A stretch of 32,000 nt of DNA from contig NC_000854.2 of NCBI RefSeq assembly GCF_000011125.1, forward strand, positions 840,001-872,000, in the 5' to 3' direction. Below are positions 9,459-18,605 of the stretch, in pieces. Source of the stretch: Aeropyrum pernix K1. Its GTDB lineage: Archaea; Thermoproteota; Thermoprotei_A; Sulfolobales; Acidilobaceae. The notes below the pieces were generated by a model that saw only the letters and a list, made by a program, of their open reading frames with translations, searched no databases and was not told the origin of the DNA. Within the stretch, counting starts at the first letter, position 1, and each line of letters starts with the position of its first letter. The translations under genes and the position numbers were made by a program.

Positions 9459-12400
9459 ATGAATGGGTTGGTGTTTGTGGCTAGCGCCAGGGCAGCGTCG
9501 AGAGGCGTATACAGGTACCTGTGCCCCAACTGCGGAGGGCCTAACAGCGAGGAGAGGCTATCCCGGGGCCTCCCCTGTCCAAGGTGCCTCCCCCGCCTCC
9601 CCAGGAAGGGCGTGTCGGGCTGGACCGGCCTGGCGAGGCTCCTCAGGCGTGAGGGCACGTTAGGAGCTGGCGTGAAGGCTATGGCCTCTCTGGAGGAGGA
9701 GGCCCGGAGTCTCTGGCGGTTCTTCGAGAAGGCCGTGGGCTCACCCCCTTGGGGGGCTCAGAGGACCTGGGCCAAGAGGCTGGCGCGGGGCGATAGCTTC
9801 AGTATAATAGCCCCCACGGGCGTCGGCAAGACTACTTTCGGAGCGGCGGCGAGCCTCTTCTACGCATGTAAAAAGGGGATGCGGAGCTACATCGTCCTCC
9901 CCACCACCACGCTGGCGGCGAACGTGGCGAGGAAGCTGGAGTCCATGGTTGAGTCCACAGGCTGCGGCAGGGTGAGGCTGCTGGTGATACATAGCAAGCT
10001 GAAGACGAGCGAGAGGAGGGAGGCGATGGAGAGGTTTGAGAAGGGAGACTTCGATATACTTGTTACCACAGCCGCGTTCGCCAGGAAGTATGCCGACAGG
10101 CTCTCCGGCTATAGGTTTAGGCTGGTGTTTGTGGATGACGTCGACGCCGTTCTCAGGAGCGCTAGAAGCGTGGACGCCATACTCAAGATAGTTGGCTTCG
10201 ACGAGGAGGCGATCGAGAAGGGCCTGGAGGTCCTCAGGCTCCAGAGAGAGCAGGCCAGGCTAGTCGGCCTCCTCCAGAGCCAGAGGGAGGAGGTTAGGGA
10301 GGAGGCCAGGAAGAAGCTGCTCGAGGTTAAGAGGAGGCTTGAGAGGCTCGAGGCGGAGATAGAGGCCAGGAGGGGTAGGACTGCGAGCCTTATAGTGAGC
10401 AGCGCCACCGGGAGGCCCCGGGGCGCGAGGGTCAGGCTCTTCAGGGTCCTCCTCAACTTCGAGGCCGGCGGCAGAGGGGATATAGGGCTTAGGAGGGTCA
10501 TCGACAGCTACACACACCCAACCGACGGCGTGGCGGAGAAGGTTGTTGAGCTCGTTAGGAGGCTAGGGACGGGGGGGCTCGTCTACGTCCCCATCGACAT
10601 GGGGGTTGAGTATGCCGAAAGGCTTGCGGAGGAGCTGCGTAGAGCCGGGGTCAAGGCGGAGGCCTACCACGCGAAGAAGCCTTTGGAGCTGCTTGACAGG
10701 TTCGCCGAGGGTGAGATCGACGTCCTTGTGGGGGTTGCCAACTACTATGGAACGCTGGTGAGGGGTCTAGACCTCCCCGCGAGAGTCAGGTACGCTGTCT
10801 TCGCGGGCGTCCCAAGGCACAAGTTCGGGAGCGACATAGGCGATCCCCACCCCTCCAGGCTCCTGAGGCTCCTCTCCATACTGGCCGAGTCTAGGATTGA
10901 GGAGGTGGCTAGCGCCGCCCGGAGCCATATGGGCAGGCTCAGGAGGATGCTCAGGGTTCTCAGCCCCGCCGCCCTGCAGATGATAGCCGAGAGGGTGGCT
11001 CGGGGGGAGGTTGAGGGCGGCTACGACAGGCAGGTCCTTGAGGCCTACCAGTTCCTCAGAGAGGCGCTGGCGAGGGATGATGTCTGGGAGAGCCTTCGGG
11101 AGCTGGACGTGGGGATAGTGAGGGAGGGGGGTAGGACCTACATCCTGGTGCCCGACCCGGCAACCTACCTACAGGCGAGCGGGAGGACGAGCAGGCTCTA
11201 CGCTGGCGGGATTACACTGGGCCTTAGCGTTGTGGTCGTGGATAACGAGCCCGTCATGAGGGGGCTCATGAAGAGGGTCTCATGGATGGCTGAGGTGGAT
11301 TGGAGGAGATTCGAGGACCTCGACCTACAGTCTATACTCAGGGAGATTGACGAGGACAGGGAGAAGGTTAGGAGGGTTGTAAAGGGCCTCTACAGGGGGG
11401 TGGAGCTGGTCAGGACTGCCCTCCTCGTAGTAGAATCGCCGAACAAGGCTAGGACCATAGCCAGGTTCTTCGGCCAGCCCAGCGTGAGGCTCCTCCCCGG
11501 GGGAGGCAGGGTCTATGAGGTGGCTACCGGCGACAAGATACTCATGATTATGGCGAGCGGCGGGCACGTATTCGACCTCGTAGTCAGGGTCGACGGAAGG
11601 GACCTGGAGGCGGCGGGAGGCGAGCCCGAGCACGCGATATTCGGCGTGCTGAGGTATAGGCTGGGTGGCAACGGGGCAGCCGCCTACACTCCCGTCTACA
11701 CCAGCATAAAAAGGTGTCTCGACTGCGGCTACCAGTTCGTGGACGAGGCCTCGAGGTGCCCGCGCTGTGGCAGCGAGCTTATTAGGAACAGCCTTAGCAC
11801 CGTAGAGGACCTCCGCCGTGTCGCCTGGGAGGCGGATGAGGTCTACGTAGGCACGGACCCCGACACGGAGGGAGAGAAGATAGGGTGGGACGTCGCCCTA
11901 GCCCTCAGACCATACGCCCCGGACATTAAGAGGCTGGAGTTCCATGAGGTCACCAAGAAGGCCATACTGGAGGCCCTCTCCAACCCCAGAAGCTTCGACG
12001 ACAACCTGGTGGACGCCCAGGTGGTTAGGAGGGTTGAGGACAGGTGGATAGGCTTCACCCTAAGCCCCCTGCTTTGGTGCGACTTCTGGCCTAGATACTG
12101 CAAGCGCGTCCTAGAGGAGTACGGCGAGAAGAGGCCCCACATGGACAGGGAGAGGTGTGCCAAGTACAAAGCCTACTACAACCTTAGCGCGGGGAGGGTG
12201 CAGACGCCCACGCTGGGATGGGTTGTGGATAGGACCCTGGCTTACAGGAAGAAGGTTTGGCTCTACAGGGTTGTCCACGACTCCCAGCTACTCTTCGCCG
12301 TGAGAAGCGACGACCCTGAAGTGCCCGAAAGCGTCAAGAGGGTGTTGGACAACTGGGTGAAGCACCATAAGAAGACGGGGATAGAGCCTTGGCTCGACGT

Positions 12401-13589
12401 GAAGGCTGTCGTCGAGAAGGAGGAGTGGACGGCCCTTCCGCCTCCTCCGCCATACACCACGGACACGATGCTCAGGGACGCCAACAGGCTTCTAGGCCTC
12501 GGATCGGCGGAGGCGATGAGGATAGCCCAGGACCTCTTCGAGTGGGGTCTCATAACATACCACAGGACGGACTCTACCAGGGTAAGCGATAGGGGTATGC
12601 AGGTTGCCAGGGAGTGGCTCGAGACTAGGTTCGGGGGCCTCGCGGGCCAGCTCTACAGGCCGCGGCGGTGGGGTGAGGGGGGCGCCCACGAGGCTATAAG
12701 GCCTGTGAGGCCTATTGACGTGGAGAGGCTCCAGCTACTCGTGGAGGAGGGGGTCATAGAGCTTCCCGGAACCCTCACCAGGAGGCACCTAAGGCTTTAC
12801 GACCTGATTTTCCGGAGGTTCATGGCCAGCCAGATGAGAGAGGCTGATGCCCTGAGAGTGGTCTACAGGCTCCGCGTGCCGGAGCTAGACGGCTACACCC
12901 TCACCCTAGAGAGGGTGGTTGAGATAGGCAGGCCCGGAGACGCCGAGGGCGTGACGCGGGGGTTTACCCTGGTGTGGCCCTATGTCAGGCCCCAGCCTAG
13001 GCTGGTGGAGGGTAGGGAGGCGTGGATAAGGGCTAGGGTGGAGGGTAGGCAGGTTCCGAAGGCGTATCCGTACACTGAGGGTGAGATTGTTGAGGAGATG
13101 AAGACGAGGGGTATAGGGAGGCCTAGCACTTATGCTAAGATAGTGGAGACCCTGTTCAGGAGGAGGTACGTTATAGAGGTTTCAAGGGAGGAGGGCAGGG
13201 GCGCTGGCTTCGTAGTCGCCACGAGCAGGGGTATAAACGTCTACAACTACCTCACTGAGGAGCTCCGCTCCGCCGACGAGGAGGAGTATGGGGGGAGGAT
13301 AGCGGGTATACTGAGGAGAGTCCCCTCCCTGGTCTCCGAGGATAGGACTAGAGAGCTTGAGAGGCAGATGGACATGGTCGAGAAGGGCGACGCGTCTAGG
13401 GATGATGTCCTGGAGAGCGTCTTCAACGAAATATCGGACCTCGCACTCCTTTTAAACATCGAACACCCCATTAAGCATAGGAGCCGGGCGGAGGGTAATA
13501 CTCAGGGTAATACCTGGGTCTCGAACTTCGTAGCCTGCGCCGTTAAGTCGCCCGAGGTCTCTAGAGTATGGGGTGCCGGGGTGGGTTAA
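9459..13589 (+). CDS. rgy: Reverse gyrase (helicase-like plus topoisomerase IA)
   Basis: N-terminal zinc finger CPNCGG...CPRCLP; Walker A APTGVGKTTFG; DDVD motif VFVDDVDAVL; ASGRTSRLYAGG; Toprim VESPNKARTIARFFG; second zinc finger CLDCGYQF...CPRCGSEL; GTDPDTEGEKIGWD; catalytic Tyr region LITYHRTDSTRVS. 1376 aa, no intein seen. Confidence 0.98.
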   Translation: MNGLVFVASARAASRGVYRYLCPNCGGPNSEERLSRGLPCPRCLPRLPRKGVSGWTGLARLLRREGTLGAGVKAMASLEEEARSLWRFFEKAVGSPPWGAQRTWAKRLARGDSFSIIAPTGVGKTTFGAAASLFYACKKGMRSYIVLPTTTLAANVARKLESMVESTGCGRVRLLVIHSKLKTSERREAMERFEKGDFDILVTTAAFARKYADRLSGYRFRLVFVDDVDAVLRSARSVDAILKIVGFDEEAIEKGLEVLRLQREQARLVGLLQSQREEVREEARKKLLEVKRRLERLEAEIEARRGRTASLIVSSATGRPRGARVRLFRVLLNFEAGGRGDIGLRRVIDSYTHPTDGVAEKVVELVRRLGTGGLVYVPIDMGVEYAERLAEELRRAGVKAEAYHAKKPLELLDRFAEGEIDVLVGVANYYGTLVRGLDLPARVRYAVFAGVPRHKFGSDIGDPHPSRLLRLLSILAESRIEEVASAARSHMGRLRRMLRVLSPAALQMIAERVARGEVEGGYDRQVLEAYQFLREALARDDVWESLRELDVGIVREGGRTYILVPDPATYLQASGRTSRLYAGGITLGLSVVVVDNEPVMRGLMKRVSWMAEVDWRRFEDLDLQSILREIDEDREKVRRVVKGLYRGVELVRTALLVVESPNKARTIARFFGQPSVRLLPGGGRVYEVATGDKILMIMASGGHVFDLVVRVDGRDLEAAGGEPEHAIFGVLRYRLGGNGAAAYTPVYTSIKRCLDCGYQFVDEASRCPRCGSELIRNSLSTVEDLRRVAWEADEVYVGTDPDTEGEKIGWDVALALRPYAPDIKRLEFHEVTKKAILEALSNPRSFDDNLVDAQVVRRVEDRWIGFTLSPLLWCDFWPRYCKRVLEEYGEKRPHMDRERCAKYKAYYNLSAGRVQTPTLGWVVDRTLAYRKKVWLYRVVHDSQLLFAVRSDDPEVPESVKRVLDNWVKHHKKTGIEPWLDVKAVVEKEEWTALPPPPPYTTDTMLRDANRLLGLGSAEAMRIAQDLFEWGLITYHRTDSTRVSDRGMQVAREWLETRFGGLAGQLYRPRRWGEGGAHEAIRPVRPIDVERLQLLVEEGVIELPGTLTRRHLRLYDLIFRRFMASQMREADALRVVYRLRVPELDGYTLTLERVVEIGRPGDAEGVTRGFTLVWPYVRPQPRLVEGREAWIRARVEGRQVPKAYPYTEGEIVEEMKTRGIGRPSTYAKIVETLFRRRYVIEVSREEGRGAGFVVATSRGINVYNYLTEELRSADEEEYGGRIAGILRRVPSLVSEDRTRELERQMDMVEKGDASRDDVLESVFNEISDLALLLNIEHPIKHRSRAEGNTQGNTWVSNFVACAVKSPEVSRVWGAGVG

Positions 13590-13592
13590 GGC

Positions 13593-14513
13593 GTGAGAAT
13601 AGCGATCCTACACTCGAGGGTTAAGCTGGCGGCGAAGAGGAGCAACGCTAGGAGGCACTCAATACTTATCGACAAGGTTGTTTCAACCCGGACTGTAGAC
13701 CTGATAGTCCTCCCCGCATACCCTTTCACAGGCCCCCTCATAGGATACTACCCCCCCAGTAAGGCGAGGCTCAAGCTTAGGGAGCTGGCTGAGAAGATAT
13801 CGGAGAAGAACATACCTGCTGGCCCTAGCGTGAGCTTCATGTCAAGGTGGAGCCAGGAGTATGGCGTCTACATTCTAGGAGGCCCTATCATAGAGAGGGC
13901 AGGCCCAAGGATCTACGTGACCACCGTACTCACGTCACCCGACGGCTCTATAGCGGGCAAGTACAGGAAGGTTTCGCTGACGGAGGAGGAGAGGGACATG
14001 GGGATAAGCCCAGGCAAGGAGCCAGGCATATTCAAGCTCAAGGTGAACGGCTCAGACGTGAGTCTAGGGGTGTTCAGCGACGAGGACCTCGCAACCCCCG
14101 AGATATTTAGGCACCTCCAGCTGGGCGGGTCGAAGATTATCGTAGGGACGATATTCCCCTATAACAGCAGTTTCCTCGGAGGCATTATAGACGATGAGGG
14201 TCTAGTCACAATGGACCATACGGTCGTGAAGACGTTCCTGGAGGTGAGGAGCAGGGAGACGGGCGTCCCCATCATACTCGTAGGCAGCATCATCGACAGC
14301 GGTGTTGAGACGCTAGCGTACATGAGCACCATACCTGTGGAGCCTGACGAGGGTGTTATAGAGGACAAGATGTTCGGCCCCGACGACGAGTCGCCGATAT
14401 TCATAGACTTGAACGAGAAGGCCACCAACCCGAGGAAGCCTCCCGAGCACCTGAAGATACTTGTTAAGAGCCTATGCAGGAACAACTCTAGGCGGGGCGG
14501 CAACCACTTCTGA
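13593..14513 (+). CDS. Nitrilase / carbon-nitrogen hydrolase fold protein, probably catalytically degenerate
   Basis: TVDLIVLPAYPFTGP, GKYRKVSLTEEE...SPGKEPGIFKL and SLGVFSDEDLATPEIFRHLQLGGSKIIV align with the nitrilase blocks, but the catalytic Glu and Cys positions read Ala and Asp. Confidence 0.75.
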   Translation: MRIAILHSRVKLAAKRSNARRHSILIDKVVSTRTVDLIVLPAYPFTGPLIGYYPPSKARLKLRELAEKISEKNIPAGPSVSFMSRWSQEYGVYILGGPIIERAGPRIYVTTVLTSPDGSIAGKYRKVSLTEEERDMGISPGKEPGIFKLKVNGSDVSLGVFSDEDLATPEIFRHLQLGGSKIIVGTIFPYNSSFLGGIIDDEGLVTMDHTVVKTFLEVRSRETGVPIILVGSIIDSGVETLAYMSTIPVEPDEGVIEDKMFGPDDESPIFIDLNEKATNPRKPPEHLKILVKSLCRNNSRRGGNHF

Positions 14514-14633
14514 CACATCCTGATTCTAGACAACATTATTTTCCCGTACTACCACGGTGGGAGAGCCTATAGACTGGCGTATATCTACAGCATAAGATTC
14601 CCACTTCAGCCCAATGCCTATTAGGGCTCCTCC

Positions 14634-15518
14634 TTGGCGAGAAACAGCGCGGCGGTCGGGCTGCTGTTCCCAGCCCTAGCAGCTGTCTCATGGGGCACCA
14701 ACGCCGTCGCCGGGAGGTACCTCGTCGGCGGCGGGCATATCGATGGTGTGACCTTAACCCTGGTCAGGTTCGCCCTAGCAACACCCCTCATAGGGCTTTC
14801 AGCCTTCTACATAGCTAGAGAGAGACTGCTCAACACGGAGGGGAGACTGCTTTTCTGGTCATCGGTGTTAGGCCTCCTCGGGATAACCGGGTTTAACATA
14901 TTCTTCTAGAGCGCCCTAGGATACATGGACGCCAGCATTACAGCCCTGGTAACAGCCTTGGCCACACCACTTACCTACATAGCAGCTGTAGTGCTGGGGC
15001 TCGAGAAAGCCACTCTCCTCGCAACGGCGGGAGCCTTCATCTCGGTCGCCGGCACCTATCTCGTGTTATCCCCGCAGCCCGGGTCCACCGTGAGCATCAT
15101 AGGCTTCCTCCTAGCGTTCGGGGCGGCATTGTCCTGGGTGATCTACACTCTCATATTGAGGGTGAAACTGGCGGGCTACGACCAGAACGTTGTAATGTTC
15201 TGGACCTCCCTCTTCGGCACAGTATTCACTGTGCCCGCCTACATAGCCCTAGCTCCACGCGGCGGCCTCGAGGTGGGGCTCCTGGAGGCCGCTTTGATAC
15301 TCTACGTGGCCGCGGTCCCTGGGGCCTTGGGGTATACGCTCTGGAACCTCGGGGTCGAGAGGGTGGGCGCTTCGAAGAGCGCTGTGTTTATCCCCCTGGT
15401 CCCGCTGACCGCCGCGATACTGGGCTGGCTGCTGCTGGGCGAGACTCTCAGCATTAAACAGGCTATTGGTGCCACACTCATAATAGCTGGTATAGTGGCT
15501 GTTGTATGGAGACGGTAG
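14634..15518 (+). pseudogene. EamA/DMT-family (RhaT-like) drug/metabolite transporter interrupted by one in-frame TAG
   Basis: ORFs 14634..14909 and 14925..15518 are in the same frame (both starts divisible by 3). Joined product ...GITGFNIFF*SALGYMDASITALVTALATPLTYI... is a continuous EamA protein; the stop is TAG at 14907-14909. Confidence 0.8.
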
Positions 15519-15532
15519 GGGTTTTGCGGCGG

Positions 15533-17515
15533 CTAGCCCCCTCCTATCCTCTTTATAATGTCCCTAAGCTTTTCGACGGCCTCAGGATTCTCCAGAACAC
15601 TCAGCTCCTTCGGCTCCACACCGCGGGCTAGATCCCTGAGCACCCTCCTAGTTATCTTGCCGCTCCTCGTCTTTGGGAGCTCGCTCACTATAACCACGTG
15701 CTCCGGGGCGAAGGGCTTGCCGAACCTATCCACCACGGCCTTCCTGGCCTTCGAGGCCAGCTCCTCCGCGTCATAACCGCCCTTGGGCACCAGGAAGCAG
15801 GCTATGACCTCGCCCTTTATCGGGTGGGGCACCCCTATGCATGCCGCCTCCGCCACTTCGGGTAGCTGTGTGAGCACGCTCTCAAGCTCGGCGCTGCCAA
15901 TCCTCTTCCCCGCCACTTTTATCACGTCGTCCGCCCTCCCCAGTATGTACCAGAACCCGTCCTCGTCGACTAGGGCGTAGTCGCCGTGGTACCATACACC
16001 CGGGAAGCGGGACCAGTACGTCTTTATATACCTCTCAGGGTCTTTCCACAGCCCCCTGGTCATGCTGGGGAAGGGCTTCTTAACAACCAAGTATCCCGGC
16101 TCGCCCCTCACAGGCCTACCCTCATCGTCGAAAACGTCAGCATCAACACCCAGAGCGGGCCCCCAGAGGGTCGTCGGCTTGAGGGGGACAACGGGGCTCG
16201 GGAGGAGTATGCAGCCGAACACCTCTGTCCCGCCGCTGAGATTTATCAGGGGCCTCCTCCAGCCTCCCAACTTCTCCATGACCCACATCCAGGTGGCATG
16301 GTCTATAGGCTCCCCCGTGTTTCCGAAGGCCCTAATGCTTGATAGGTCGTAATCCTCCACCGTGTCGCTCGCCACTGCCCTGAGCATCCTGGCCACTGTT
16401 GCCGCAAAGCCGAAGTGGGTTACCCTGTGCTCCTGTATTAGCCTCCAAACCCTCGACTTATAAGGATAGTCTATGGCCCCCTCCGCCATAAGGTGGCTGG
16501 CGCCCAGGAGCTGGGAGCCGAGGACCTGCCATGGCCCCATCATCCAGCCTATATCAGTTATCCACCATAGCCTGTCCTCCCCGCCCCTCCAGGCTGGGTG
16601 TATGTCGAGGTTGAAGTAGTGCTCCTTCCCGGGCTGGAGTATGGCGCCTGCATGGCTTATCACAGCGCCCTTGGGCCTCCCGGTTGTGCCGCTTGTGAAG
16701 AGGAGGAGGGCTGGATGCTCCGGGTCTAGCTCCTCGGGCTCCGCAGAGCCAGCCTTACCCGCTATGGCCCTGTCATACCACTCATCCCTGCCCTCAACCC
16801 ATGGGACGTCTATCCCGAGCCTCCTGACCACAATGACGTGCTCGACCGCCCCGCCCGCAAGCTTCACGGCCTGGTCGGCCTGCTCCTTTAGGGCTATCCT
16901 CCTCCCCCTCCTCAGATACCCGTCTACGGTAACGAGCACCCTCGCCTCCCCCAGCTTGAGCCTCTCAGCAACGGCTGGCGGGGCGAAGCCGGAGAATATC
17001 GGTGAAGCCACAGCCCCAACCTTCATGGCCGCAAGCATGGCCGCTATGCTCTCAGGCATCATGGGGGCGTAGATCGCAACCACATCGCCGACTCCCAGCC
17101 CATAGTCCTGGGAGAGGAGCTTGGCCATCCTGTCAACCTCGTCCTTCAGCTGTAGGTACGTGTACCTCCTAACCTCCCCATCCTCGCCTACCCAAGTGAA
17201 GGCCTCCCTATGCCCGTACCCCATCTTGACTATACGGTCTACGACGTTGTACGCCGCGTTGAGGAGGCCTCCCCGGTACCACTGGGCCCACTCCACACCT
17301 CTGCTCAGGTCCACCACGGCTTTAGGCTCTCTGAACCACTCTACCCCGAGCCATTCAGGCAGGTTACCCCAGAACCATTTGAGGTCCTCACTGCTCCTCC
17401 TGACAAGCTCCTCATAGCTCTTGAAACCGTGCTTATCCATGAAAAGCTTTACATTACTCTGGTCCACTATATCGCGGGGCGGATACCATATCTTCTTTTC
17501 CAAACCCTCCTGCAC
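15533..17515 (-). CDS. acs: Acetyl-CoA synthetase (AMP-forming) or related acyl-CoA synthetase
   Basis: LLFTSGTTGRPKGAVISHAG, WWITDIGWMMGPWQ, GNTGEPI, YHGDYALVDEDGFWYILGRADDVIKVAGKRIG, PKTRSGKITRR; 660 aa. Confidence 0.93.
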   Translation of the reverse strand: MQEGLEKKIWYPPRDIVDQSNVKLFMDKHGFKSYEELVRRSSEDLKWFWGNLPEWLGVEWFREPKAVVDLSRGVEWAQWYRGGLLNAAYNVVDRIVKMGYGHREAFTWVGEDGEVRRYTYLQLKDEVDRMAKLLSQDYGLGVGDVVAIYAPMMPESIAAMLAAMKVGAVASPIFSGFAPPAVAERLKLGEARVLVTVDGYLRRGRRIALKEQADQAVKLAGGAVEHVIVVRRLGIDVPWVEGRDEWYDRAIAGKAGSAEPEELDPEHPALLLFTSGTTGRPKGAVISHAGAILQPGKEHYFNLDIHPAWRGGEDRLWWITDIGWMMGPWQVLGSQLLGASHLMAEGAIDYPYKSRVWRLIQEHRVTHFGFAATVARMLRAVASDTVEDYDLSSIRAFGNTGEPIDHATWMWVMEKLGGWRRPLINLSGGTEVFGCILLPSPVVPLKPTTLWGPALGVDADVFDDEGRPVRGEPGYLVVKKPFPSMTRGLWKDPERYIKTYWSRFPGVWYHGDYALVDEDGFWYILGRADDVIKVAGKRIGSAELESVLTQLPEVAEAACIGVPHPIKGEVIACFLVPKGGYDAEELASKARKAVVDRFGKPFAPEHVVIVSELPKTRSGKITRRVLRDLARGVEPKELSVLENPEAVEKLRDIIKRIGGG

Positions 17516-17532
17516 CCCAACTTTAACTCTTT

Positions 17533-17559
17533 GCGTTTAAAGTATTAGAAGAAAAACGC
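17533..17559. promoter_or_regulatory. Inverted repeat overlapping the probable acs promoter
   Basis: GCGTTT(17533-17538)...AAACGC(17554-17559), centre-to-centre 21 bp, surrounding the reverse-strand TATA-like ctttaaac. Confidence 0.35.
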
Positions 17560-17645
17560 TTGAAGGATATAAAAGCCGGCTCGACCGCTCCCCACCCTAT
17601 AAGGTGAGAACTCCTTTGGGATAATGTTTATAAAAAGCTGGGCCC

Positions 17646-17655
17646 ATATATAAAA
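17646..17655 (+). promoter_or_regulatory. Putative TATA box (box A) for the 17691 gene
   Basis: atatataaaa located ~40 nt upstream of GTG 17691; further TATA-like elements at 17627-17635 (tttataaaaa region) and 17567-17574. Confidence 0.4.
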
Positions 17656-17690
17656 ACCGTGGACCGGGCTCAAGCCAGGCTCTTCCTGGG

Positions 17691-17975
17691 GTGTCATCTG
17701 CATTGGCCGAGCGGTTCCTCCGCGATATCCTATCCCGTAGGGACCCTCATGGATACTACGTGATACCTCTCAAGCCGGAGGCGAGGGAGACCCTCTCTAG
17801 GATGCGCCTCCCCCGTGACGCCAAGATAGTTGATGGTGTGGATGTGATCCTAGTCAAGCTGAGGAGCAGGGGGGAGGCTATGAAGCTCCTCCGCATACTG
17901 AACAGAAAAGGCCTCATACACGTGGAGGGCGACGAGCCTGAGGAGCCCTTGGACACGCCGTTCGAGCCTTACTAG
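17691..17975 (+). CDS. Small hypothetical protein (94 aa)
   Basis: GTG-start ORF with an upstream TATA-like box, charged soluble composition and no competing ORF of better quality: MSSALAERFLRDILSRRDPHGYYVIPLKPEARETLSRMRLP... Confidence 0.6.
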   Translation: MSSALAERFLRDILSRRDPHGYYVIPLKPEARETLSRMRLPRDAKIVDGVDVILVKLRSRGEAMKLLRILNRKGLIHVEGDEPEEPLDTPFEPY

Positions 17976-18004
17976 CTAACACTAGCGGTCTGGGCTCCGG
18001 CCTT

Positions 18005-18472
18005 CTAGCCCTTCCTTTTAACCTCAACCTTCACCCCCGTTATTACTGTGTCCGGATAGTTGCCCGTCTCGTCCTTCTCTAGGGACTTGACCATGTCCCA
18101 CACGGTTAGAAGGGCTGCAGTAACGCCTGCGAGGGCCTCCATCTCCACCCCCGTCTTAGCCGTCGTAGCCACTCTCACCCTAACCTCCACACCATCATCC
18201 CTCACTCTAACCTCGGGCTCCACCTTCTCTATAGGAATGGGGTGGGTTAGGGGTATCAGCCTTGGAGTCTCCTTGACAGCTAGCACGGCGGCGACTGAAG
18301 CTACTGATATTACATCCCCCTTCTCAACTCTGCCCTCCCTTATGGCCTTAACCGTCTCCCTCTTGAGCGATATAAAGCCGGAGGCGACGGCCTCCCTCCT
18401 AACAGGCTCCTTAGCGGTTATGTCAACCATGCCCGCGCCGCTCAAGACACAGCAACACCCCGCCTCCACCAT
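18005..18472 (-). CDS. moaC: Cyclic pyranopterin monophosphate synthase (MoaC)
   Basis: MVDITAKEPVRREAVASGFI, LIPLTHPIPI, VEMEALAGVTAALLTVWDMVKSLEKDETGNYP are signature MoaC motifs. Confidence 0.97.
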   Translation of the reverse strand: MVEAGCCCVLSGAGMVDITAKEPVRREAVASGFISLKRETVKAIREGRVEKGDVISVASVAAVLAVKETPRLIPLTHPIPIEKVEPEVRVRDDGVEVRVRVATTAKTGVEMEALAGVTAALLTVWDMVKSLEKDETGNYPDTVITGVKVEVKRKG

Positions 18473-18605
18473 ACCACTACCGCACCGCCGAAAGGTATAT
18501 CGGCGAGGTACACCTCCCTCCGAGACCGCAGGGGGGTTTTGACCTAATTAGAGGGACCCACCCTACCTAATTCCGGTAGGGGCTGAAGGGTTCGGCGGGT
18601 GCTGG

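Noticed and set aside
9459-13589. Possible intein in reverse gyrase
   Set aside because: Helicase and topoisomerase motifs are contiguous and the 1376-aa length needs no insertion; no intein splice-junction or homing endonuclease motifs seen.
16062-17072. Plus-strand ORFs inside acs (16062..16352, 16641..17072)
   Set aside because: Antisense to a well-supported acetyl-CoA synthetase; no family motifs.
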